This document shows, in pieces, positions 51,471 to 64,000 of a stretch of 64,000 nt of DNA. Where the stretch lies: assembly GCA_052327205.1 (NCBI GenBank), contig CM126220.1, forward strand, positions 34,348,001-34,412,000, written 5' to 3'. This stretch comes from Somniosus microcephalus. Lineage: Eukaryota. How positions within the stretch are numbered: the first letter of the stretch is position 1; every line of letters begins with the position of its first letter. Both the position numbers and the translations under genes were made by a program. Under the pieces are notes generated by a model. That model searched no databases. It saw only the letters and a list, made by a program, of their open reading frames with translations, and was not told the DNA's origin.

Positions 51471-52109
51471 CTTAATTTAAAAAAAAACATGCCGTTAAAA
51501 TTACCTTTATGTAAATAGTTCACAAATACTTTTTAAAACAATATTATATTTTATAAAGAATGAATAAATAGCGTTATTTTATTGATTTTTCCACACCCAA
51601 ACCAGTCATATGAACATTGCTTCAAAGTTTCAGTAAAACCTTCCTGACTTTGTGGGATCAAGTGCATTGATAATTATTTTTTGATTAATCTTGTATTCTC
51701 CAGAATGAGGCACAATCTACAGCAACAAATCGGTTTGATGTATTTATGCTTAATAAAAAGAGACGTTCACTACATAAGCCAAGATATTATAGCTGGCATC
51801 TAACTCTGTACTGCATGTGTATATAATTTATTATGCACAGTTTCTTGTATCCATCCTTTTTCACATGAAAGAACATGAAGCATGATAGATTAAAAAAACA
51901 GTAGTACTCCCATATCCTTCTGCCGAACAGATGCAGAACAACCTAGAAAATAAAAGTATGAGGAGTTGCACAGGGACATTTTATAAATCACTTCCATCAT
52001 ATATTGCACTTGTTCAGCTAACTTAACATTTTTATTAATGGATTTCAAATATCCAATGAACTGAATATTATGCACTCTTCAAATATTTAGGGGGGCGGGG
52101 GCACTTATC

Positions 52110-52428
52110 AAGGCCAATTTTGACAGCACCTCCCAAACCTGTGACCTCTACCACCTAGAAGGACAAGGGCAGCAGGCGCATGGGAACACCACCCCCTCCA
52201 AGTCACATACCATCCTGACTTGGCAATATATCGGCGTTCCTTCATCGTCGCTGGGTCAAAACCCTGGAACTCCCTCCCTAACAGCACTGTGGAAGTACCT
52301 TCACCACACGGACTGCAGCGGTTCAAGGCGGCGGCTCACCACCACCTTCTCGAGGGCAACTAGGGATGGGCAATAAATGCTGGCCTTGCCAGCGAAGCCC
52401 ACATCCCATGAATGAATAAAAAAAAAAT
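52110..52428 (+). mobile_element. LINE 3' end with poly(A)
   Basis: ccctggaactccctccctaacagcactg...cacatcccatgaatgaataaaaaaaaaa. Confidence 0.85.
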
Positions 52429-52639
52429 TCATGAATTAATTCACTACAGGCCTTTTATGTGGCCACTCTTGTAGAATGAGGAACGACGTCAGCATCCAAA
52501 ATAACTAGCAAAGAATGAAATTCTTAGTTTGGCAGAAAAAAAATACCATACAGAAGGCAAACGAAGCGGCAATATGGCACATTGTATATCTCAACAACAT
52601 GCCTCTCAAGCAGAAGTGAAGAAAGGACACTACTAGCAA

Positions 52640-53130
52640 AGTACAATGGACGAGTTGGCAAATCTGACTCTTCCAACACTTCTCTCAATCTCCTATGCAG
52701 AATACAATGAAAGGCCTCTCAAGACAATCTTCTCTCACCTTTTGCTGCCAGCCACTCTTTCTCTGTCACAACTTTTCTTGTGCCTATTTGATCAGTGCTA
52801 CAGCGCTGCTCTGAACTTTCCTCTCTTGTTCTCCTAAACTGCTGCTACATCACCCAGCACATTCTCTCTCTTTCCTTCATCCTCAGCGTGAATTCAAAAT
52901 TCAGTATCCTACTTATCTAGCCTTTCCCAGGACCTCTAAACTGTGGAATGCCTTACTTCCCTCAGTCTTTGCTTCCTCTCCAATCTACAAGCTATTAAAA
53001 CCCAAACGTGGTTATCACCTAATCAACAGTTCCTGATTTACCTCACCTTCATTCCTACTCTGTTCAACCTTGTTGGTGTCCTGCACTAAGGGCCTTGACT
53101 CTTGAAATAGGTTCATCAATAAAAAAGTGA
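52640..53130 (+). mobile_element. Old LINE 3' relic
   Basis: FPRTSKLWNALLPSVF-like remnant near 52920-52970. Confidence 0.45.
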
Positions 53131-53489
53131 GTTAGAACCTTCAAGGCACAGACAAATAGTACTAAGATTGAGTAGCACAATGAACCAGGAATGCTCATGC
53201 TTTCACTTATCGATCCTGATTGAAAGAATTAAAGTTTCCCTCTCCGTCAGCAGGAAATGTCCTAAGTGAAATGGCTGATAACTTTCAATCCACTTCCTAG
53301 TGGGTGACTTCACAGGCCATAATTTGAAACACTCATTCAAAAGAACAACTGCTGTGGGAAATAGAATTGTTACATTGATGGGCTAGGAGATACCTTTCTG
53401 AGGTTGTAATTATGGCAGGTTGTTGAGGGATGGTCGAGCGAGCTTCGACCTTCATCTGATGTGCGCTATACCCAACGTTGCAGTGCTCT

Positions 53490-53760
53490 TTGAGGGGAAA
53501 AAAGTCTTTTCTCTTCGCTCTTCCCTGCTGGAGTCACCGTTCTCCAACTGCTGGTCCCTCGCCTCACTGGTTATTCATCAGGCACATAACTACTTGAAAA
53601 TACACACCTGCTCACACGTGCACACCAGTTCCAGCAGGACTTACTAAATAGCCATAAGGAGCAGCAACACTGGCTGATGTTTCCTTTCTCTATCCAGGAG
53701 CATGAAGTCAAACTGTCAATTTGATCTTCACCCTGGGTGAAATCAGCTAATTCAAGTGTT
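53490..53760 (-). mobile_element. SINE-like family 'A', diverged copy
   Basis: ttccagcagga..atagcc..aggagcag..ctggctgat. Confidence 0.55.
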
Positions 53761-56700
53761 CCATTTAAACTGAGTTCAAAGAGATGGAAGACATTTTGTT
53801 TCCCACCACAATAATCTCCATTTTGAAGAGCCCTAAAATTAATAAAATGTTAAGGAGCAAAAAGATAAGTTCAACTGCTCAAAGGCAATAAAGGTGTGCC
53901 TTAGAGCCAAGAGTCTCATAGACCTGGAAGGCAAGGTCACTTACCCTCTACAGAGAGATCAAGAGATTGCTCCGAGCACAACAGCTTGGAGAATGGGAAA
54001 CCCTGGCACAATGTAAGGATCTTTGCATTCTGGAAGGGAGGGAAGGTAGAGGTGTTCCACAAGTTCCCTGCGATCTTTGTGCATGGTAAGCCTTGCCCCA
54101 AGATAGCACTCACTATGGAACAGGCCCACCACATCCCAAAACCAGCAAATTCCAGGTGCCCCAGGGTTTTGTGGGGAATTGCAAAGAAAAAAAATCTAAC
54201 TACCAAGGTTCAGACCCAGGATAGTCATTGGTATATTAGAGAAAGGAATTTGCTTTTCATGCACAATCACTGCAAGTGGAGACTCAAGAGTACAGAATCA
54301 TAACAAAAAAACCCTGAAAAAATGTGAACTTAAAGCAGATCAACACAATGGTAAGAGCTGAATGAGAACAGATGGATAAAATAGAAAATAGTTGACAATG
54401 GTTCATAAGCTTCTAAGAACAGTCTAGATAATTCAGTTTGATAAACATGTGCAGTACAAGGAGTAATGCTGTACTTACACATTTGATACTGGTGCTGCAT
54501 CATAATTTTTGACATACTTGTGCAATATAGAGCTGACAGTTTGGACCAGTACTGGAGGTGATCTTGTTTCATATTCGTTTTGCACCAAAAGCAGTATAAC
54601 TGCAAGGTGCAAAGCCAGTTTTTTTTTAAAAACTTAATTAAAAAAAAAAAATCTAACAGTACAGCAATTTTTCTATAAATTAACTATCCTTTTAGCTTCT
54701 CTCAATCTAAAGAAAGAGACCCACAATGGAGGCTTTTCAGCAACATCTCATGCAGGCATTTTAGTGCAGGTGTAGGGAACTTTACTGCAATCCACTTCTA
54801 AAGGATACTAAACTAACCATTGCTAACTTTGACAGATACACCAAAACAGACATCAAAATTTTGGACTGAGGTAGTCAGAAGAAACCTAAAAGCAACCTGT
54901 AGTATGTTATCACAATACCTTACCAAATGCTATTTGCCAGCATGCTTAGTAGGTTGAAGTGAATCAGTTGGTGGTCTTTGCATTGTATTTGTGTGTGGAA
55001 AGAGACACTGATTGATGTCTGACAGTCAATGATATCATTAAATTAAAGCACAGAAATGGCCACTTCCAGTATGGAGCTAGGGACCGCTTGTGTTTAAAAC
55101 ACAGTTATTTTACATTCGAAATAACTTGAGATTATAGATAATTTTTAGTACTATACACAGTATTGGGAGTTTCCTTTGATTGCCCTTCCAACAGCCTACT
55201 GCTGCTACCTTCACCCCAGTTACAAGGTGGTTTTAATAGCAGTTAGGGTGTGAGAGGTGACAAAAAATCATGGCTGCCAGCAGGCCTAGTAGACCAAAAC
55301 ACTCCCCATCCCATCTATACCGTTAGTAGTTTTGTTACCACTCACCTCGGTATAGAGCTTCTCCAGCCATTGGTGGGGGGGGGGGGGGGGGGGCGCAGAG
55401 TTACAACGTGACAGTTTAAGGTCTTAAAACGATTAGCAGTGGCATGCAGCCATTTTGGAAAAAGTTTTTAATACTTTTTCTCACTGCAGTACTTTGCCCA
55501 ATGATTGGGGAAAGCTACAAACATATGCGTCAGGGTGCAACCCCATTATTTAGTGTCTGCACAGAGAGGAATAGATGCACTTCATCAGCTCAGTGTGGCA
55601 GGGGCTATGTTTATTTGCCACCTCTGCCTCTGGTGCAAGTGCTGTTGAGTTACACTGCAAGCAGAAATAGACCTGCTGTTTGATGTAGAACTGGAAACCA
55701 CCAGGATATGTGGTGCTTGTTGCCTCCATCCTCCAAAGCATCACTACTTTTACATTAAGAACTTGTTGCCAATTTCAGTAGTGCTGTCTACAGCAAGCCC
55801 GTAATAAAAATGGGGTATGAGGCCTTAAGAGTTTGGGTTAATAGTTGATTGAATGTATAATGGCCATCTGAATTCAATCACAGTATTATAAAATGCAGTA
55901 CTCTTACTAATTCAACACTGTTAACTCAAATTCAATTCCGAATAGACAGGCTTGACTAAGAACACCAAGAACAACCAATTACCTCCTTCATAGTTTTCTT
56001 GCCTGCTGTGTGAGCCTGATTTGAAGCTGCAAAGGACCAGAAACTGAAGGCAGTGTCTCCAACAGTAGCAGCAAATGCTATCAAATATTAATATATTTCA
56101 TCTGTACTGGAGATTTGAGGAAAGCAGGCTGTGGTCTCATTTTTTACATTGACCTGCTTCTGCTCATTTCCCAGTACAGTATGGTACAGTACAGTCATCC
56201 ATTACTATTTAAACAACAGATACCTGGTAGTGAGTCAAAGGCTGTAACTTAATTGCAGGGTTCAGATAACGTTTATAACTTCCTCTAATCCCCTCGATTA
56301 TGTTATTCTTATAACTCACTCCCAGGTATCATTATATCAGAACATTGCTAGGAATGTGTTTATATCAAGATTACAGATTATATATACAACTTTTTAAAAA
56401 TGTAATACATTTAAGGGCACTTGGAAGTTCTTGCTTTTACGTTGAAAGTGGTCTCAAAATGCTGTCCAGCTCAATAGAAACTATGAGGCATCAGATAAGA
56501 ACCACAAGGGCCCCATTAGTTGCCAGAATTTATAAAACATGCCGTTAGCTTGGAGACTCATTTTAAACACAGAATGCAGGCATCTGCTTCTACTAAGCAG
56601 AGAAATTAAACTTCATAGTTCAAGTACTGCTAGTAAATGTTTAACTTTTACACCTTCCAGTTTGAGCAGCACAGTTAAACACATACACAGTACCAGCCAT

Positions 56701-57699
56701 CTTCCTTCCAGATTGCTGCAGCAGAGCTAAACACATACACAGTACGAGCTATCTTCTTTCCTTTTTTGTGCATATATTTATGACTTCTGGGAAGTCCACA
56801 AGAATTTTCCTTCTTTGGCCAGACAAAGTTTAGATTTTGAAAACTGATAGTCTAGAAAGCTTAATTACTGAACCACAATTGCTACAGTGGAAAACAGTTA
56901 ATAGGCATGCGGTCATTGGGAACATGACTTTAGATGGGCTATTCAGGGATTATTTAATACCACATATTTTCTAAATAAAGGAGATTTGTTGGTTTGTCGA
57001 ACAGTTTAGTTTGGGCTTATAGCTTTATAATTACGATTGTTGGCTATCACTACAACTGATCAACTTTTGGGTTACCAGATGCAAGTATTTTAAACAAAAG
57101 CAACAGTCAGAATTTCATCTTTTGCAGTTCAAGTGCTGGGAGCTCTTGCAGTTAGTGCCCGTTAGGTTTTTCTTAAATGAATAACTTTGAACAATTAGGT
57201 CAGCAGATAATATACACAAGGTGATATTAATGCCACATTATAGATCCAATTCCCAAGAGCACAGTTGAGTTAGTTTTAATCCCTCTCACTATCCACTATT
57301 CTTAAGACACTTGCCTAACAGGTTGCTTCCAATTTGGATCAGTGCATATGCTTTTAATAGTGTTTAGTCAGCAGTAATAATTGGATAACTGGAACATTTT
57401 ACTGGCTAGGGATTGTTATGTTAGAAAAGAATTGTTTATTGGCACCAATTTTAAGCTAATCAAAATTGTATGGAATCAAGAGTTTGATGAGAGAACATCA
57501 CTCATTTAAGTTTAATGCTTGTGAAATGACATTGTGGTAACAGTTTGATATTGGAGTAGACTGCTTTAGACACTCAGTCTGGCACAGTCATGGCTTTAAT
57601 ATGTCTAAGATTTGGAAGAAACACAGAGTAAAAAAATATTGGTTGTGAAATATCCAATTAGCTCAATTATTGAGATCACGTAAATAAAGATTAAAAATA

Positions 57700-58010
57700 A
57701 TTTGCATTTATATAGCACCTTTCACTACCTCAGAATATCCTAAAGCTCTTCACAGCCAATGGAGGCCTTTTGAAGTGTTGTTACTGTTGTAATGTACTGA
57801 AAGGTGTCAGCCAATTCATGTGTAGCAACATCCCACCAACAGCAAAGAGATTAATGACCAGATAATCTGCTTTTAGGTGATGTTGGTTGAGGAATAAATG
57901 TTGGCCAGGACATCTGGCAAACTTTCTTACTTCTCTTCTAATAGTGCCATGAAATCTTTTCCATCCACCCCAGAAGGGGCCTTGGTTTAATGTCTCATCT
58001 GAAAGACAGA
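57700..58010 (-). mobile_element. DeuSINE (SacSINE1-like)
   Basis: Collinear with 38025-38340. Confidence 0.85.
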
Positions 58011-59528
58011 TGCTGTGCTTTGTAGATAGAGGTCATTTTGGAGCATGTTCATTTTCTAAAGCAATCTAGTGGTTAAGAGAGGACATGTATTCAGTTTGGT
58101 TCAAATCTGCTAAAGCATTTATGTTAAAACTGTTGTGTGATCCTTACTTATTCTGGAATTAGGAAAAAAACTTAATATTGCCTACATGAACACTAATCCT
58201 TACCAGCATCCTTTTATAAAAAGGCCACATTATGCTTATCAGCATGAGTAGCTCGACATAATTTCTGCAGAGCTATCCATTGAGGAAGTTTAATTAGGAA
58301 TTCTATGGCCCAACTCTCAAAGTACAGAGAAGCAGGAAATAGTACAATAGTAATCATTTCCAGCAAAGCAGGCAGTGTTTTCAGTATCTTTGGCAGTACT
58401 CAATTTGACTTGGGTTATTTTAGCTGAAAAAAAGATAAACACAATAGTAGCGTTAATTCCCACTAGACTTTAAGTCAAATTGGCATAGAACATTTTACAT
58501 TTACTTCACATTTTCATTTGATCTTCCTATACATGAGCTGTATTATTTGCATGTAAATTTCATAGGAAAACTGAGGTCCAACAATTAGGTATTCAGACTT
58601 TTTGCTGGATTTAAAATGAGTAATTTAACATTGTTTAACTTTTCCAGGACGGGTACTTTTTCAGACTTAAAATGCAGACATGCTTTCAAACAGCAAGAAT
58701 TTCTGCAAATCCACAATGTTGAACTTTATATAGTTGTTCAAGAAACATCGAATCAGAGTATTCTTGAAACTATAGTAAATTCAGATGTTTTGTTTAAATC
58801 ACAAAAGTAAAATTCCAGTCCTCAAATGGTCATGAAGTTTGAATTAAATAATCCATTTAACTGTATACCCATTTCTATGTTACTACAAACTTTAGAATTT
58901 CCAATTTATCTCTTGCCCTCGGTGAAACATTGGGAGATCATTAAAATGATTTTCATCTTAACCTCCAAGTAGCATCACTTAGCTCTGATTTAAGGATTTA
59001 TACTTTTACAGTATTGTTAATAGGTTAATTTAAGTCTTTTTGTCCCAAAGTGCAGTCTGCATGTCCTAAGGGACGGGGGACAGAGGAATCTTGCATCAGC
59101 TACCAAAGAAACATCTTTGATTGGACATCATGTTGCTATTAATAGACCATCTAAATCCTCTGGCTGCAGGAGGAGGCAATTCTGAGATGGGGGGGGATGA
59201 AAAAAGTTAGATCAGAGCAATTCCACAGCAGAACTATTTCTACAGATGACATTTTCTCCCTGTCTTGGACTGTTCACTTGTTTCTGTTTTTCTACAATTT
59301 TATACATGCGAACACAAGTTCAGTTGCACTCCCTCACAAGATTGGCTTGGATGAAGAAGTCCCTTCAGCCTATTTGACTTCATCCTTCCAGTACACCATC
59401 TCTACTATTTTCCTACTATAGCACCTGGCATTTTTTTTAAAAATGAGCCAAATGCCCTGGTTTCAACCACTCTTCCTGGCAATGCTCCAGCTGTTGGTCA
59501 CACTCTGTGTAAAGAAACACTTCCTGAC

Positions 59529-59702
59529 CAAAGCTCCCTCTAAGCTAAGTTTGTTGTGCATGGCCTGTTTATTTCAATGCGCGGTCCCTTTAACTTTCTG
59601 CACATGCACAGTATTTCCAATGGAAAAGCTCGTGAGCGGCCTGCGTGGAACCTTGCAGATTACTGCGCAGCCTTGCACGCGCGCAGCTTAGAGGGAACTT
59701 TG
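59529..59702. mobile_element. 174-bp hAT-like MITE
   Basis: TIRs caaagctccctctaagct / agcttagagggaactttg (17 of 18 match); degenerate 8-bp flanks ttcctgac / ttccaggt. Confidence 0.75.
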
Positions 59703-59734
59703 TTCCAGGTGTCTGCCCTGAACTTTAAAATAAA

Positions 59735-60000
59735 TTCATTCTGGGGATATGGGCATCGCTGGCAATTTATTGCCCATCCCTATTGCCCTCGTGAAGGTGG
59801 TGGTGAGCCACCTTCTTGAACTGCTGCAGTCCTTTTTGTGGTGAAGGTACTCCCATGATGCTGTTAGGCAGGGAGTTCCAGGAATTTGACCCTGCGATGA
59901 AGAAACCACGATACAATACACGTCCAAGTCAGGATGGTGTGTGATTTGGAGGGGAACTTGGAGGTGATGGTGCTCCCCTGCACCTGCTGCCCTTGTCCTC
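59735..60000 (-). mobile_element. LINE 3' end (family of 52110-52428)
   Basis: Reverse-complement similarity to 52140-52420. Confidence 0.85.
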
Positions 60001-60004
60001 ATAC

Positions 60005-60680
60005 AACAGCAACAAAGTAATAAAACATCCCAAGGCACTTCACAGGAGCGATCAAACAAAATTTGACACGGAGGGGCACAAAGAAATATTAGGGCAGGTG
60101 ACCAAAAGCTTGGTCAGAGGTAGTTTTAAGGAGCCTCTTAAAGGAGGAGAGAGCAGTAGAGAGGCGGAGTGGTTTAGGGAAGGAATTTCCAAGCTTAGGG
60201 CCTAGCCAGCTGTAGGCACGGCCGCCAATGGTGGAGCGAAGAAAACTGGGGATGCGCAAGAGGTCATAATTGGAGGAGCGCAGGACTTCGGAGGGTTGTA
60301 GGGCTGGAGGTCGTTACATAGATAGGAAGGGGCGAGGCCCTGGAGGAACTTAAGAACAAGCAAGAGAATTTTAAGATTGAGGAGTTGCCGGACCGGGAGC
60401 CAATGTAGGTCAGCGGGCACAGGGGTGATGGGTGAACGGGACCTGGTGCGAATTAGGATATGGGCAGCAGAGTTTTGGACAAGCTGAAGTTTAGGGAGGG
60501 TGCAAGGTGGGAGGCCATCCAGGAGAACATTGGAATAGTCGCATCTAGAGGTAACAAAGGCATGGATGAGAGTTTCAGCAGCAGATAAGCTGAGGCAGGG
60601 ACGGAGGTGGGTAATGTCATGGAGGTGGAAGTAGACGATCTTGGTGGTGATGGTAGAGGTCGCAGGTTTGGGATATTTCA
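60005..60680 (-). mobile_element. L2 LINE ORF2 C-terminus and 3' UTR
   Basis: AETLIHAFVTSRCDYSN..KLQLVQNSAAHIL..SPITPVPADLHWLPV. Confidence 0.9.
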
Positions 60681-60689
60681 AATGATTAT

Positions 60690-60900
60690 GCTACATTTGC
60701 TATCACCACCCTGGAGCTAGGGGGGAAAAAGTGCACCATGGTTCACATTCTTGATCACTATCAAGTGAACCTTGTTGGAAGTGCAAGTGTGGACATCAGG
60801 TGAGGACAGAATGCCCCCACAGTGAAATTACCAGCACCAAAAGAATTGCACCCCAGCAAGGAGTCAATGTCTTCAGGAAAGAAGGGGGTGAAGACAATGC
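60690..60900 (+). mobile_element. SINE-like family 'A', internally deleted
   Basis: gatcactatcaagtga..gtggacatcaggtgaggacag..ccccagcaaggagtca. Confidence 0.65.
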
Positions 60901-61014
60901 AGCAGAAAAAAATGATGGCTCTAAAAAGAAAGGGAAAGTAGCAGAAAGTGAGGGGATAATACAGCAGGAAAATTTAATTTGGCCCAGTTGCAATTGTGAT
61001 TTCCGCCTATTCAA

Positions 61015-61240
61015 CAACAACAACTTCTTGTATTAATATAGTGCCTTTAACGTAGTAAAACATCTCAAGGCGCTTCACAAGAGCGTTATAAAACAAAATT
61101 TGACACCGAGCCACATAAGGAGAAATTAGGGCAGATGATCAAAAGCTTGGTCAAAGAGGTAGGTTTTAAGGAGCATCTTAAAGGAGGAAAGTGAGGTAGA
61201 GAGGCAGGGAGGGAATTCCAGAGGTTAGGGATTCAAGGGA
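61015..61240 (-). mobile_element. L2 LINE 3' end
   Basis: Matches 31680, 42658 and 60005. Confidence 0.85.
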
Positions 61241-62269
61241 GCAACTATACCATTCAAGATCCAATAGAAACTGTGCAAATCCTTGCACAAACCATAAAGC
61301 CTTAGAGATACAGCTATTACTGACAGGCTGAAGTGTTGCTCGAGTTTCTTTGGTTGAATTCTTCTGTCCTCTTTGGAACCTAAGTTTGCAATGTGTAGTA
61401 TTAAAAAAAAGCACCTGCCAGCTTCAAGACACCTTTTTAATAACATGGCAGTGTAAGAAATCTTCCATTTCTTTTAATATCCAACACCGTGTAGTTATCT
61501 CCTTTGATATAACTGAAGGCACAATCAATATGATCCTTCAAAGTGAAAGACAATGTCCACAGTCCTTTTGATCTAAGCATCAGCTGTTATTTCCTCCCAG
61601 AGAGATGATATTTTAAGTCTGCCTCTGACAGAAATGTCTAGGTCTCGGGACATGGGCACTGGCAGAGCTGAAGCCCTGGTTTCAATATACAGAACAGACG
61701 GCTGCTGTTAGGCTCTTCTTGTGAGGACCCTGGAGACTGAATATTTAACACCCAACAATAAAGAACTCTTACTCAAAAGGACTATTTTGTACGAAAATCA
61801 AGAGCTGGTCATGGAATATACATTAGAGATAGAAAAATGGCTCAAGAACTGACCTCTAGATCTGCTTCTTGCAATAAAAAAAAATCCAGTCCTGTACAAA
61901 AGTAGGCATTAAATTTTAAGAACTCCCCCATTATAAAATCGTGCGTGCATACATTTACCCTGGTTAAAAAGTAAAGCAGCCACACTCTGGTGAATTAAAC
62001 CAAGAGGATCCCTGCGGAGTGCATATGCTTTCGATCATCAGCGCCAGTTTGTTTAGTCTGTTTCAAGATCAATTTTGTTTATTCAAAAAAAAAAATCATC
62101 TTTGCCAAGTTTATGTTGTGTTTTAGCAAAAGCAAAAAAATATATATAGTAGCAAAAGAATGTGCTGTGCTAGGATCAAATCTTCCACTGGGTAGCACTT
62201 ATGATCTTTCTCAGAGTCAACTGGTCTGTTTTACCTGAACTCTTTCTGTTCCTAAGATAACATTCAATG

Positions 62270-62945
62270 CAGCATTAAAGAGGAAGATGGTAGCTAGATG
62301 TCAGATGAAATCTAATGTGGAGTAATGTGAAGTGAGAGACAGAATAGGGCCATATACACTAGATGGTAACATTGTAAAAGGAGTAGAGGAACAGAGGCTT
62401 AGGGGTTCAGATACACAAATCTTTAAAAGTGGGTGGACAAGTTGTTAAAACTCTTTGTATAAAAAAAAGCCCATGAAATCCTAAGTTTTAAAAATAAAAA
62501 TAGCCTTAGAAAGCCAAGAGGTAGATAACGAAGAAGGTGCAGATAAGATTCACTATGATGATACCAGGGGTGAAGACTTCAGTTATTAGAATAGATAAGG
62601 GAAAGTGGAGGGGAGGGGAGCGGTGGGGTGGATGGTCTTTTATTAGAACAACGAATATTAATAGAAGATCTGACAGAGGTATTCAAAATTATTTCCACTG
62701 AGTCAGTAGCTAGAAGTGTAAATTTAAAATCACCAAAGAACAAAGGTTAGAATCATACAGCCTATGCCGGCTCTTCGACAGAGCTCTCCAATTAGTCCCA
62801 CTCCCCTGCTCTTTCCCCATAGTCCTGTAATTTTTTCCCTTTTCAAGTATAATAGGGTAGGGGAACGGGACTAAGCAGACAGCTCTTTCAGAAAGCTGGC
62901 ACAGGTTCAATAGGTCAAAAGGTCTCCTCCTGTGCTGTAACATTT
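62270..62945 (+). mobile_element. Old CR1 relic with an oppositely oriented CR1 tail (~62748-62848) inside it
   Basis: cagatgaaatctaatgtggag..tgtgaagtg, DLTEVFKII; plus-strand tail at 62850-62945. Confidence 0.7.
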
Positions 62946-63195
62946 TTGAATCAAAAATCATCTTAAGTAACTGTCACAACTCACCAACCAACACCTTTTA
63001 TCATTTAATAGTTTGGTTTCTCATAGGTTATCTTGCTTTACACAATACGCAGGCCACATTAAATTTCTCATGTGTGGGCTCAATTCACAGCAGTGAGGGG
63101 TTCCCCGACAGTGGACACTAATTTGACATGACTATAGCATTTTAAAGACATTTGGACATGCAATTCTCCCCCAAACCAAAATTCTCTCAACTTAC

Positions 63196-63318
63196 CTTTG
63201 AGGCATTTCTTACAGTTGAAAGCCTGTGCGCAATTACCAAAACCGTTCTCTCTTGCATAACCCGATCAATGGCCTCTTGTACTAGGTGCTCACTTTCTGC
63301 GTCCAAAGCACTTGTAGC
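63196..63318 (-). CDS. ABCB-family ABC transporter, penultimate coding exon (NBD D-loop/H-loop)
   Basis: Minus strand: ...tttactag|GCTACA...TCAAAG|gtaagt; 123 nt, phase 0-0; translates [41 protein letters not shown], containing the SALD D-loop and AHRLST H-switch of ABCB NBDs. Confidence 0.95.
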
Positions 63319-64000
63319 CTAGTAAACCAGAAAAATGTGTTGGAGAGAACCTTGCATGTTTCAGTAATCTACTCAACATTCAATCAAATCATTTCAATGT
63401 CCACCACAATACCATGGGAATTGGTAAATGCATATTATCAGGGTTAATGTAAACCAGAGTTAAATGGGGCACTTACGTCTGATTTGTATTATATCCATTA
63501 TCTATAGCAGCAGGAAACAACGGTTATTTCACTTTAGGGCAATAAATAATAGCCAACCAGAACTCTATTGTGCATATCCCCCCCCCCCCCCCACAAAACT
63601 CTACCATAATTGCAAACACAACTGTGTTCTCTACAAAAATCCACAGTAGGGGAAAAATTGTTCTAGCCACTATGTGTAATGACATCTTAAACATGATCTT
63701 TTTGAATGCATTTACAATGCCATTACATATAGTGACCAGAGCAATTCTTCTGACAACTCCCCCCCCATAATACTCCTATTAAAACCAAAAAAAAAATCAT
63801 TTTGATTAATTCAAATTTGGAACACAAAATCATTCTTGGTCTGATCCAATATGGGAAGAGTATTCTGAAGCAATGCGTAGCCAAGCAAACATCCATCTGG
63901 GGGGTGGAGGGGACAATTAGACCTGGCTTTTGAACTCCATGGCAAGTCTAGAAATTGATCTGAAATATAATTCAGATATAGTTCGGGTGAATAGGAAATA

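Overview
Vertebrate genomic DNA, most likely an elasmobranch (shark), judged from HE1/V-SINE, SacSINE1/DeuSINE and shark-type CR1 and L2 repeats. Two spliced genes lie in tandem on the minus strand. (1) The last two exons of an ABCB-family ABC transporter (63196-63318, 51270-51470); its sequence and intron positions do not clearly match any human ABCB gene as I recall them. (2) About 10.5 kb downstream, the first three coding exons of an EMI-domain collagen-family gene (40561-40769, 32366-32482, 31376-31479), EMID1-like but with COL26A1-like features. The rest of the window (1-31375) appears to be its third intron. Other long ORFs are transposon remnants or tandem-repeat artefacts: a young CR1 family in five near-identical copies, older CR1/L2, Gypsy, Penelope, Tigger, MITEs and several SINE families. 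Notable non-coding structures are a 30-copy 27-bp minisatellite derived from a SINE interior, a 6-copy 54-bp repeat inside an L2, a ~150-bp AT-rich palindrome, an LF-SINE-like element and a nested transposon stack just upstream of the EMI gene promoter. Repeat-family names come from recalled consensus similarity, not database searches, and repeat boundaries are approximate unless termini are quoted.
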